Positions 53,001-64,000 of a DNA stretch of 64,000 nucleotides are shown here, one piece after another. The number at the start of each line of letters is the position of its first letter. The stretch's first letter is position 1. The DNA comes from Nageia nagi. Lineage: Eukaryota; Plantae; Pinophyta. Where the stretch lies: positions 4,898,001 to 4,962,000 of the forward strand of contig JBITNC010000002.1 of the NCBI GenBank assembly GCA_050084985.1, written 5' to 3'. The position numbers were made by a program, and so were the translations under genes. The notes under the pieces are model-generated. The model had not been told where the DNA came from and searched no databases. It saw nothing but the letters and a program-made list of their open reading frames with translations.

Positions 53001-56000
53001 CTTGAATAGATTTGTCCTCAAAAGGGTAAATAGTTTTCAGATGTCTCCTCCAACCTCCATTAGATCAGATCTAATGGGAACCCCTCTAAAAAACCCTTAG
53101 CAAAATACTAAGACCCAAAAGCATGCAAACTCTCCAAGTTCTCTACCAAAATCAGCCCTCACCAAATGACCAACTCTTCCTCTTATATAACCTTGGAAGT
53201 CTTAATTTAAACCTCTTGCCTCATAATAGTTACAAATCCTCTCATATGACAATTACAAAAGCATTAAATAATACCTTGGACTTTGACATCATAAGAGTTA
53301 CTTCTCCGAAAATGGCAGTTACAAATAGTAGAGACATTTAATACTGCCTTATCATCTCAACCATCAAACTAAAAATGTGTACCAAGTCAATGACATTAAT
53401 TAATACATTTTTCTTGTCCCATAAACTATTCTAAATACATAACCAATTCCCTAAACACTTATATTAACAATAAAACTTCTCAAAACACACTAACCCACCC
53501 CTTAGAAGTCCAGGAACACAACAAAACATAAATTAAAATATTTTGGGACATTACAAAAAACAGAGTCAGTCTTTCAATGGAGGTCAAACATGAAAGGACT
53601 TGATGATGACATTGAATGCAAAATACGATTCAAAGTTAACATTGGTAGCCTATACTTTTTGCAACACATTTTTCACTATTTCTGTATGATTCCTAAACAT
53701 TTTTTCTAATCCACCAAAATAGGCAGTCAAAAAATTGCAAAAAGTCATTAAGTACATGTCACCACAGAACATACTACAGAACAAATAACCAGTAAGTATA
53801 TATTGCACAAAAGATAGAATCAAAACCTATTAAAATAACCCAAAACCTAGATTAATGCAACTAGATGTAAAACCTAGAACAATAAAATTACAGTGGATCA
53901 CTTTCACATTGTTATTGTTATGTCGTAGAATTGAATTAGTAACATCTTTAAATTCAAATAAAACTATTGAAATTGAACATACCTCAGCAGCGATGCCATA
54001 CTTTGCACAATCTATAGCATGGCGTGATGCTCTCCCAATACTTTCCTTAGTCCTTGATAATGTTTCAAGCATTCCTTCAAATGTATCCCTGGCAACAGCT
54101 GCTTCTGTATCTCCACTAAGCATGCCCCCAAAAGGTTTCCGATCAGAGCTAATTTTCTGCTCTTCACTGAGTCTCACATCCCCTACATGTGCTGGACCCC
54201 ACTGTTGAACATTACCTCTTGGACTTCTAGATTCTGCACGAGTAAAGACGTTATTATTCTCCTCAGGTGCCAAACTGCCAGAATGAAATTGGGCTGGAGA
54301 ACTTCGATGCGAACTATTTTCTCGTATTGGTGAAGGACTGGACATAAAACTAGGAATAGAATTCACAATTTCCTCATTTGCAACATGGTTTGGCATGTTT
54401 GCAGTACGTGTTTGCTCTCGCTTAGCCTGTGCGGCTGCAATAAGATGCTTCAGAGATGTAGATGACATAGCCATCTCCGTTTCCTTTGACTTTGATTTAA
54501 AATTAACTTCTTTAGCAGTTTCATGCCTGTAACATAAGCCAAAAAAAATGGCATGAAATACATAATGTCAAACAGTAGAGCACAAAAAATTGTATATTGT
54601 CGAACAGTAGAGCACCTAAAATTGATATATACATACAATCATATCACTGAAAGTTTACTTACGCTTCTCTAATTTTGTTCCCTTTCTCTAGATGCAAATC
54701 AGTACAATTTGAAATAGCTTCAGTCTTGACTGCTACTGCACCATTTATCTTCAAGCTAACTTTAGAAGGTGCAACAACCTTATCCACTAAAGGCTCAAAC
54801 CCACTTCTTATAGGAGAAGCATGTTCATTCTTGCGAACAGCTGAATGTTTATGCAAAAGACCTTGGCTAAGCTTCTCTGAACTAAACTGCACAAGATCCT
54901 TCCTAGAACTTCCACCACTTTTCTTTGCTGGAGTTGTTGAAGACTTCTTCACTTTGATGCCCTTGGACATGAATTCATGATGGTCATAATCAACCTTTAC
55001 TGCATGAAACCTCGTTGGAGAAGGTTGAGGCGAATTGCTTTTTCTTGCAATCAGTTCTGAACCATCTTTTTTCTTTGGAGAAGGCAACATTGATTCAAAT
55101 AAGCCATTTTGTTTTGCTTCATCCATTTTCGGAAAGGAGAAGGACAATTCATCCAACACTTTAGGATGTGTATTCACATTAACATTATCCATAGTCTGTC
55201 GCTTATCTCTCTGTCCATGAGACCTTAAATCCACCTGCTTGTCCTCTACACAATTAGAAGATTCTGAAGGTAAGCATCCATGTGATTGAAGAGAAACGGA
55301 AGCAGCCATAGTTTTCTTGATGAAGACTTTAGCAGTTTCTTCAACTGGAGATGAGATGTCACTTAATTTCATGCAATTTTCATTTGCATGGACCAAAATT
55401 CCATCATTCTCAACGCATCCTTTGAAAGGCTTATTATCTGAAGAATTCCCCCAAGCATCATTCTTTCCACATGAAGCAGCAGTTACCGTGTTAACTGAAG
55501 CAGTGGCAGCTGCCGCAACACATGCCGACATTGCTTCCTGAGCTCGGTGACGCCGTTTAGATGGAGGGAGGGCAGCTTCATCACCCTGTAAGCTACTTCT
55601 CAAACGATATTTATCAGCCTTTGGTGGCAAACATGTACCCCTGTCTGTCAAAATTGAACATTCCAAGTCTTGCGGTAAACTTCCTTCAATTTGAGGAACA
55701 CTAGAATATATGGCAGATTTGAAGTGCCCATCATGTGACAACTCATTATTTACAGGACAATTTCTCCCGGCATTGTGAACAGCAATAGTTAAACCTCCAA
55801 TATCCAAGCAATCTGACAATTTACTGTTTTCATCTTCAGAATGTAGTCTTGCTTTTTTGGCCAAATGCAAATTTTCATCCGTGTTTAGTTTATGCTTCCG
55901 TCCTTTAAGCTGTGTCCTTTTCTTACGATGTTCCACTGCTGACAATACTTCAAAAACATTTTCATCGTCAACAGAAAAATTATCTTTTGTTTGGATAGTT

Positions 56001-59000
56001 TCAACAGAAGTCTTCATCAAAACTGATGCCCCAGAATTATGTTTCTTTAAAGGGTTTCTTTTCTTCTTCATGAAAGAACTCTGCTGGGAAAATTTGCCGA
56101 CAACTTCCCTCTCTTCGTTCTTTTTATCTATAAATGGAGAAAGAATTAGGTTCTTATCACTACTCATCACAATTTCTTGAATACTTTCAACATCTTGCTT
56201 TGCTTTCATCTTTTCCTTCAAGGCTGAAACCTGAATGTTCCCTTCAGTATTTCCATGCCTGAAATTTTGTAACTCGGTCTCAGTATTGTTTGTTGCTGAT
56301 TTTCTTGCTTCTAGGAGGTTTCCATCATGTGATAGATACGTCTCAGTCACTTCTTTTGCAATGCTTAGCACTTGCTGCCCAAATTTATGTTCACTCATAG
56401 GTTGGTCAGGAACGAGACTTATACCTGGTGAGTATATCTGATTTTGTTGCTTCACATGACATTGATGACAAGCAATGCCTGTATCCACTCTATAATTATG
56501 ATTTTCAGTATCCAATGATATCTTTAACCCACTTTTGTTTTGTTTAATCTCTGATTCATCCATCACAGATGCAGCACCAAATTGATTATTCTTTGAGCGG
56601 CCCTTGGAATGATTAGCAATCTTCTCTTCTTTCAAAGATGACTTCGAATTATTTGTTCTAGGTGTAAAGTTATACCTTCTAATACCAACCGGAACCTTCT
56701 TTACCATATTCTCCTCTTTCTTAGAAGACTTTATTAAGGATGAACTTTTGTCCTTATTCTCAGCTGCTACCACACCTACTTGCTTCTTTTGGTTGTCCGC
56801 CTGCCTATGTATTCCCTGATTTAGATCATTTTCCCTTGTTGTCTCGCAATGTTTTTGAACCCGCCAATCATTTTGAAATTCTAACATTTCCTCTGTATCA
56901 TGATCGGATGTCAGCATTTTCGTATCTTTGTTGTAATGTATCTTTTCTACAGAATCATTTGAACTCTCATCACACTCTCTGGCCTTACTTCTTTGAATCT
57001 CTGAAGCAAAATCCTGTTTTTCTCCTTCTAAATTATCATATTCCTCACATATTTCACCCACTGCTCGGGTGAAGTCTGATGCAACCTTTCCTTGACATCT
57101 GGCTAACAATTTGTTTTTCAATTCCAAGGTAAACGACTGCACATCAAGAGGAGCACAGAAGCCTCTGCAGAGATCAAACAATCAGAAAACAAGTCATTAC
57201 AAACAACAGCCCACAACGATACATTAAAAGGATATTCAAATTATTAGGTAGCCTAAACAGGCTTGTGGAACTACAATATAATCATAATGCGTCCACGATA
57301 ATACAAAAATAGCTATATTACAGCTTTTGTGAACCAATAAGCTATAGGAACCAGTGTAAAATATTATGCACACATATAACCTGACATAAAGAATACACAA
57401 AAACAAGAAAAGAACATCGAAATAAATGCAATTCCTCGAAAACTATACTTCCTGGGTAATTGTTCAAATAAAGAAATTAACAATCAACTTCCAAAGACTT
57501 GAGTAAGGCAAAGCAGTTGCCAATTTGATGACAAGTTCAAGTCCCTCTAGGCATGCTCCTAACATCCTGTAGATGCAGCTGTCTTTAGGCTAGCCCATTG
57601 GCAAGGGCCAAGGTAAGTTACAAGTCTTAAACAAAATTATATAGAATAGTAACCCCATCCTGGAAAAAGAAATTTTTTAAGAATGATTGTGCATCATCCT
57701 CAATGTCATACAATCTCCTTAATATAATGTTTCTCCCCCGCATTTCAAAAGAAAAATGAGATTTCAAAAGAGGCAATGCAAAATGCTAATCGAGCATTTG
57801 AATGCTTAGACTGGATAGTTAGGGATCATCCAAATTCATGATCCAATACCATTACTAGCAAACAACATATTTGTTGAACTTCCAGTCAAAAAGGATGGCA
57901 TCCATGCATTGGGAAATTACAGGGAAAGCTGGTATGACAAGTCAAGACTGCTGGAAAATAGTTCTATTAAAATTCGGCATAAAATAACACAAATTATCAC
58001 CTTTCATTTTTAAATTGTCTATGCAAGAGTAGGAACATAAAAAGCATTTGGTTTATTTGAAATCCTCTAGTCAATAGTGCTTTGCATGCTAAATATGTAA
58101 TTTTCGATTTTGACCTATAAATTGTACAATACCAAGCACTCAATCAATGTGGCCATAATAAACATAGTCCATAACTAGCACTTAACATAAACACAGAAAG
58201 CGAAATAATATTTACTAAATATCACAAACTCTTTGATGTCTGCGTTTAAAACAAATTTCAAATTATAAGTAGCAGATACTTACATTTCTTGTGTGCCAAA
58301 AAAATGCACAAAAACCTTCTTTGGATCATGTGTTTGGCCCCACAACTCAGGTTCACTTATCTGTCATTCAATAAAACCACCTAAATTATACAAGGTAATC
58401 AAAGAATCCAATTAAAAATCTCGGTTTATTTAGGCCACAAATTTAAAACAAGTGAAACTATGTAATATGTGAAACAAGTAAATCATACGCTGTTTGTTAA
58501 AACAGTGTAAGCGCAAATGATTTCCATGAATATATCATAACTTAAAACAAAACTAAAATATATATCAAACTAAACATATCAGAACCTATAATCAAAAATA
58601 ACCTAATTTTAACCACTCGGCAAGACAACAAAAAAGCCCAAACTACAATTAAATATTCAAACAATTAGTCTTTCCAATCAAAGACAGGCAAAGCAAAGAA
58701 CTAGAAATACAGCCGTGCTAAATACATTATAACAAAGAATTAAAAATCCCTAATCAAGGTTCATCTCAATAAAACTCCTATGCATTCCTATGAGCTAACC
58801 CTTCGGATATATCAGCTTTTTGTATAGCACTGAATAAAAACACCTATATGCGACTAAGCGGAAGAAGAATTAAATATATTAATACCAATAAAGAGAAAAT
58901 CGGTCAAAAGTTCTTTATCACTGATAATGGATAATCAATCTATAAGTCAAGAAAAAGGTAGGAAACCAAAGAGTCTTATCAACAAGGGAGAGTCTTGAGT

Positions 59001-60225
59001 TGATCACTGTGGCCAAAACAATCCCACAAGTAATCATTTTCAACCATAACCCATAACGAACTAAACTTTTTGGAAATATCCCAGATCTCCCCTGCATGTA
59101 AAAGAATGAGCCTAATATACAAGTCAGAAACACAAAACAGGCCATAACCGGAAACCAGGGGAATTCCAAATAAATCTATATTAATCTACTTGGTTTCAGA
59201 GCCCTTATATCCAAACTGCCATAAATTTCGCCAAACACAAGAAGCAGATCCTAAAATAAGAAAAGAATTGTAATACAAAAAAGAGTTGTATGTGACCAGA
59301 TCATTTATAACCAAAATCCTGATTGAATTAAACACACTTTAACATAGAGTCTAAAGATTTTGGAGCAGAATTAGATTGACAAGCTAAAATACATTACTCT
59401 AAAACACAAATAAGATTAGATAATACCTTTGAATGAATGCAAGAAATCACAAAAATAAATCCCCCAGAGTACCATTTTCTACGGCAACCAATGATAAAAA
59501 TCCGGTAGATGATAACCTAAAATCCAACATGAACCATTTTTTCCCTAAGCTCTGTGAAGGAAGCAAAAGAGCATATCGTCCAATTTCTCTTAACTAAACG
59601 TCTCGTAATCAATATTATTAAATGCCTCATTTTCTCCTTACATAATCCATTCCATACGGCAGGCCACTTCATCTCCATTATCAAAAACTTGCTTCATTCT
59701 CTCTGGCACCGCCACCAAAAATTTCCCTAGGGTTTCACCCAAACCAATCCACCAACCCGAAATTCCACATCCACACACACTCTAACCCTAATCCCCACAC
59801 ATAACCAACAACCTCTTTCATAATTCCACTAGAAACACTAAATTCAAACCAAAAATATAAACTAAGAGATCAATCTCCAACATTTTGTATTCCTAAATAT
59901 ACCCTAAGAATAACAAATTTCATGTTACGGCCCAAACTATTCCATACAAAGAACACAAAACACAAAACTTAACATTGAACACGAAATTCCATGCGAAAAA
60001 ACGATCTAAAACCAATCCACCCCTTATCTAAAAAATTCACTCCCGGAAATAGTTCCTCGCCAGATTCAACCTAAACAAACAAATGAAAAGGGCATTACAT
60101 ACAATATGAAGACGTACCTTCGCTGGCCACGCCGGAAAACCCTTGACCTTTGCCAGCACAAGATCGCCGAGCTTCCATTTCTGGCAGGCAGCTGCTTTGC
60201 CTGCTCGTCTTTTTGCCGGTGCCAT
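48548..60225 (-). CDS. HUA2: HUA2/HULK-family nuclear protein (ENHANCER OF AG-4 2-like): PWWP, long disordered region, CID/RPR domain, Pro-rich C-terminus; 11 coding exons, 1600 aa
   Basis: Exons reconstructed with GT-AG boundaries and consistent phase: 60225-60118, 58360-58284, 57164-54663, 54526-53983, 50803-50695, 50507-50395, 50305-50124, 50036-49541, 49420-49000, 48901-48731, 48627-48548 (4803 nt). Motifs: WKLGDLVLAKVKGFPAWPA (PWWP); EAALPPSKRRHRA; FEGMLETLSRTKESIGRASRHAIDCAKYG and DLFFLVDSITQCSH (CID); ERAVDDP..DEYGSNATF; DGELEMEDVS; PPLP repeats; C-terminal WRPT*. Family is clear; exact orthology among HUA2/HULK1-3 is not determinable here. Confidence 0.95.
50124..50803 (-). CDS. HUA2: HUA2-like exons 5-7 (CID/RPR domain)
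   Basis: 50803-50695, 50507-50395, 50305-50124; DLFFLVDSITQ, ENRRQCLK, VLRLWLERKILPES. Confidence 0.92.
51436..53555 (-). mobile_element. Internally deleted LTR retrotransposon in HUA2-like intron 4
   Basis: 5' LTR 53555-52584 (TGTAATGTCCC...CA); PBS TGGTATCAAAG (tRNA-iMet); gag start MVHPYQTRSK; partial 3' LTR 52046-51436; TSD GAAAA/AAAAA. Confidence 0.88.
53983..54526 (-). CDS. HUA2: HUA2-like exon 4 (start of CID/RPR domain)
   Basis: LKHLIAAAQAKR...FEGMLETLSRTKESIGRASRHAIDCAKYGIAAE. Confidence 0.93.
54663..57164 (-). CDS. HUA2: HUA2-like exon 3 (end of PWWP plus long disordered region)
   Basis: Corresponds to the 840-aa ORF; CTGCAG acceptor, GTAAGT donor. Confidence 0.93.
58284..58360 (-). 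CDS. HUA2: HUA2-like exon 2 (PWWP)
   Basis: ISEPELWGQTHDPKKVFVHFFGTQE; AG acceptor, GTAAGT donor; too short for the ORF track. Confidence 0.92.
60118..60225 (-). CDS. HUA2: HUA2-like exon 1 (start of PWWP domain)
   Basis: MAPAKRRAGKAAACQKWKLGDLVLAKVKGFPAWPAK followed by GTACGT donor. Confidence 0.93.
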
Positions 60226-60690
60226 AACATTAAATACAAACCCTAATTAACCTCACAGCGCAAAAATGGTTCCAAAACTGCCAATCTTCTTCCTCTGCAA
60301 CTCCCATATCACATCAAATCCTTTTCAAATGAAATAACAATTCCATAAATTTCCCCCAATGCCTTTGAATGCCTGTACACAATTCAACCCCTCCTTAACT
60401 CTGCAATTCCGTTTCTCAAAAAATCAATATTTTCCCGTCAACAATGTTCTATTGCTGTTTCAATGTTCTTTAAATTTATTTTTCTTCTGTTGGGCGCAGA
60501 TTCGAACCCTGTATCTCCACGATAATCGGAAAACGTAAGCTTACGAACCGAGTTGGATTGCAAGACAAGACTGTGGTGTAATTTAATATCATTTCGAATC
60601 CGCTCGCTCAAGTTCTTTTTTTTGTTAACTTATGAAGTCCCCCTCAACGTCTCGCTCGATTTATAGATTTTGAGCACGTTTGACATAGGG
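60226..60690 (-). promoter_or_regulatory. 5' leader and CpG-intact proximal promoter of the HUA2-like gene
   Basis: Directly upstream of the ATG; dense CpG at 60480-60680 compared with the flanks; telo-box AAACCCTAA at 60238-60246; four upstream ATGs. TSS not determinable. Confidence 0.6.
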
Positions 60691-61191
60691 ATAAGAAAAA
60701 AATGCTTAAAAATATTAATTATGTATATTTGCAAGGTTTCTATTGTTTTTTTCCTTCACTAATGTAAATGTTAATATGGTTTGGTGTTGCAACCGATGGT
60801 CAAGGGAATGAAAAAATGCCGACCATATCAAAAAAATTTATTATAAGGAATAGTGTTGCTTTCTTAATTGGCCTTTCACGATTTTAGGGCAAAGAGATAT
60901 TAGTTTTTTTTTTTTTGAAGATTATATAGTAAAATACGTTCCATTATGATATTTTTTAAGTGAGAAGTATTTTTTTTTAAGGGATTTTTTTCAGTTTAGA
61001 TATAATAATCGAATGGTATTTATTCTGTAAAATTTATTTAAAATTTACATTTGATTTTATAAGTATCTATTACAATTGGTAAGATTTTAGCTATAATCAA
61101 TTTGTGTAGAGAGGATAGGATTTGTAAAGAGTTTTCAATTGTCCTCTACTAATCAATTTCTTTAATATCCTTTTTTTAATCATAATATTTT

Positions 61192-61438
61192 TTTTTTTGG
61201 TTGTTGGAGTTTGTCCCCTGAGCACCATAAACTCTTAAGTTTAGAGTCGTCATTGAGGGGCATCCACGCTGTCAAAATTCATCAGGGGCACAATCTCCAT
61301 CTCATCCGCACCTACCATCAGTTCGATAGGATTTAGGTGTGTTTCAATTTTTAGGGGTAGAATGTTTTGACCCTGTGTCTCCCGTATCCAAGAGCTTTGA
61401 ACTACCCACCTCTCTTACTCTCCTATTTGTCAACTTGT
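61192..61438 (-). mobile_element. tRNA-derived SINE
   Basis: Poly(A) tail on the minus strand; head similar to the SINE at 5919; TSD AATCATAATATTTT / AATTGTAATATTTT. Confidence 0.65.
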
Positions 61439-63269
61439 AATTGTAATATTTTAATTAAAGATAGATTTTAAATGAATCCTAATTGAAGATAAATTTTAAA
61501 TGATGGTTTTTAATAATAATAAAAAAGTAAGGTGATTTTTTAAAAAACCTTAGTTGAAGGTATTTGGTAAATGGTGGTTTCTAATCATTTGAAAAAAAAA
61601 ACTTGGAAAGGAGGGAAGTTACAGGGAGATAATTCTTAGTAAAAAGAGTTTTCAAGATATAAATTTTCATAATGTATGATATAGATATGATTATTGATAT
61701 ATATTTTTTAATAAAAATAAGATCATTTATTATTTTTAGTTTACTAATTTTATATTATATGGTTTATATATTTAAGTTTTAAAAAAAATATGGATGGTTG
61801 TTCAATTTAAAAGTTATCAATGGACGATTGATTATACAAATCATTTTTCAAAAGCTTAAGGATTTAATTTGAAAATTGAAGTAGTGAAAGGTGTTGGTCC
61901 TATTTTGAGAGTTTGAAAATAACTTAATTGATTATATATATTTTTAATTTGTATTTTTTAATAATTCAAATAATCTTAAATAATTGAATGAAATCTAAGA
62001 GGTGGGATCAATTGAAGGAAAATAAATATAAGCTAAATTTTGAAGGTCAATATTGTATTATTTAAATTAAATAAAGACTTTTGAGTATGTTATAATTTTT
62101 AATGTGAAATTCATATATTATAGGTGATTAAGTATATGTTGAAGAGTATATCCTTATGCTTTAATTAATTAGCCTACTCGTAAGTGACTTCAATCATGAT
62201 GACCCATAGTATGGTAGTTATACAATATTTATCTAAGATAGCTTGATAATAGTCCTTAATCAATTAGAATGTGAAGATTGAGATGGTTATTAAAAAAATG
62301 GTGAATATAAAATGATCCTCTAAAGAGTTATTGTTTAAACAATTCAAGAATATATAGGATGTGCCCTAAATAATGGTAGTGGAGTATCAAGTTCAACGTA
62401 ATCACTTTATGAGAGAGATACCATGACATGCATAATGATATATCCACCATCAAATGAAGATGATGATATGATCTTACTAAGTTCAAGATAATATGATCAT
62501 GACAATGGACATCTTGTATAAGTGTGTGATGATGAAGATCATGAATAGAACCAATGCTCTAGGTGATATTCATTTAAGCCATGTGAAAATCATCAAGCTA
62601 TATATGATACATAAAAAGGGCTCCTAAGATCAAATCAAAGGATTTTAAAAAAAATTAAATAGAATCTTGTATAAAAAGTTTAAAGTTGTATATATCTATT
62701 AAATGTAAATAAAATTTGATGAAGACTTATTAGACCAAAGGTACAAAGAGGATACTAAGTGTTACTAAAATACAATGTCAAAAAAAATTTATTTAGATAA
62801 AATGAAGATGTGTAATAGATGATACTAAGTTTTATGATGAAGAGGATCAACTTTGTGATAATCTTGAAATAAAACAGAAAAAATATAGTTGATATTAGTG
62901 TGGAAGATTAATTCAACATTAATACCATCTCATTTTTCTACTACTACCAGAAAAGGATTCCATATTATAACTCAAAAGAGTTGCAAAAATCATTTTAATA
63001 GCTTTAAATGTCTCCATAATAATTTGAATTTTACAGTTCCTTATAAAAAAATTTAAATTTAATGGTTCAAGTGTGTTGCATGAGATTATACACTCATATT
63101 TTAAGTTTATCGATGACACCACCTTATTAGCAGTGACTTATTATAAGGAATCCTTAGGTGATAAAGAGATCTTGTCATTAGTTGAAGCAATAAATATTCT
63201 TTTTATTAATGATGCTAAATCAAATACAATATTTTTCACAACCTTATAAGAAGAAGGCTTGTAATTCTA

Positions 63270-64000
63270 AACAACTTAAAGTAATAGCAAGGTTCCCTCC
63301 CTTAATCTACTTAGGTATCCAAACTTTTGAACAAGTATCTTCCAACAAAGACTTCTCACTCTATGTTAGGCAAACTTTGTACATAATTATTGTATGGACT
63401 CGTAGATGGTTGTCTTTTAAAGTTATGATCACCTTAGATAGATCAAGTTTGCAATCCATATCAGTATATATTAATTCTATTTTCTATATCCCTAATGGTA
63501 TTTTGGATGAGATTGATCGAATTTTCATCAATAATTTTTATGACATGGATTAAATCTACATGAAAAATGGCTACCAGTTAATTGAATAACATTTTTCTCT
63601 TAAAGAAATTTGGGCTATTAGGCTCTCACTCATTTATCCAAAAGTAATAAACATTAGTAGCAAAATATTTTTGGCATTGGATTACTAATCCATTTTAGGT
63701 TTAGGTTCAAATTATTTTATTTAAACATGGGGATGGTTGGGATTCATTCAATATATTACATTTTAAAAAGTTTACCATGAGGATATCCTATCCTCAAAAT
63801 GTTATATAGAGAATTCATGATGATTAAAATCAAAATTTTTTAGAAGGTTATGAAGGGTCAACTTGCAAGGTTTTAGTATGATACTTATGATAGAAATAGT
63901 CCCATTATCTTTTAACACCTTATATTGTAAGGAATGACAACATATTTAGAGGTATAGGGATGTATCAATTTATATGCCTACTAGAGCAAAGGGGCTCATC
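63270..64000 (+). mobile_element. Ancient L1 ORF2 remnant
   Basis: PLIYLGI..WTRRWLSF..ITL.RSSLQSISVY..SIFYIP..ILDEIDRI, homologous to the L1 segment at 32423-32700. Confidence 0.65.

Noticed and set aside
53855-57072. Plus-strand ORFs overlapping HUA2-like exons
   Set aside because: Antisense shadows of the coding exons with no independent protein features.

Overview
Eukaryotic, AT-rich plant genomic DNA, probably a gymnosperm or conifer (inferred from the TE types and PPR fragments; not verified). There is one intact protein-coding gene: an 11-exon HUA2/HULK-family gene (PWWP + CID/RPR + Pro-rich tail, 1600 aa reconstructed by hand) on the minus strand at 48548-60225, with a chain of uORFs directly upstream and an internally deleted LTR element in intron 4. 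Bases 1-43100 and 61000-64000 are mostly nested, CG/CHG-decayed transposons: Ty3/Gypsy and Ty1/Copia remnants, three TSD-bounded solo LTRs, a CACTA end, tRNA-derived SINEs, RTE-X-like LINEs (one near full length), L1 fragments and PLS/DYW PPR pseudogene pieces. The two most notable items are (i) a 16-bp-TSD-bounded L1 LINE carrying an extra ~560-codon decayed ORF downstream of ORF2, and (ii) an isolated ~750-bp CpG/CHG-intact island at 6380-7120, rich in TF motifs and inverted repeats and ~41 kb from the only intact gene in the window.
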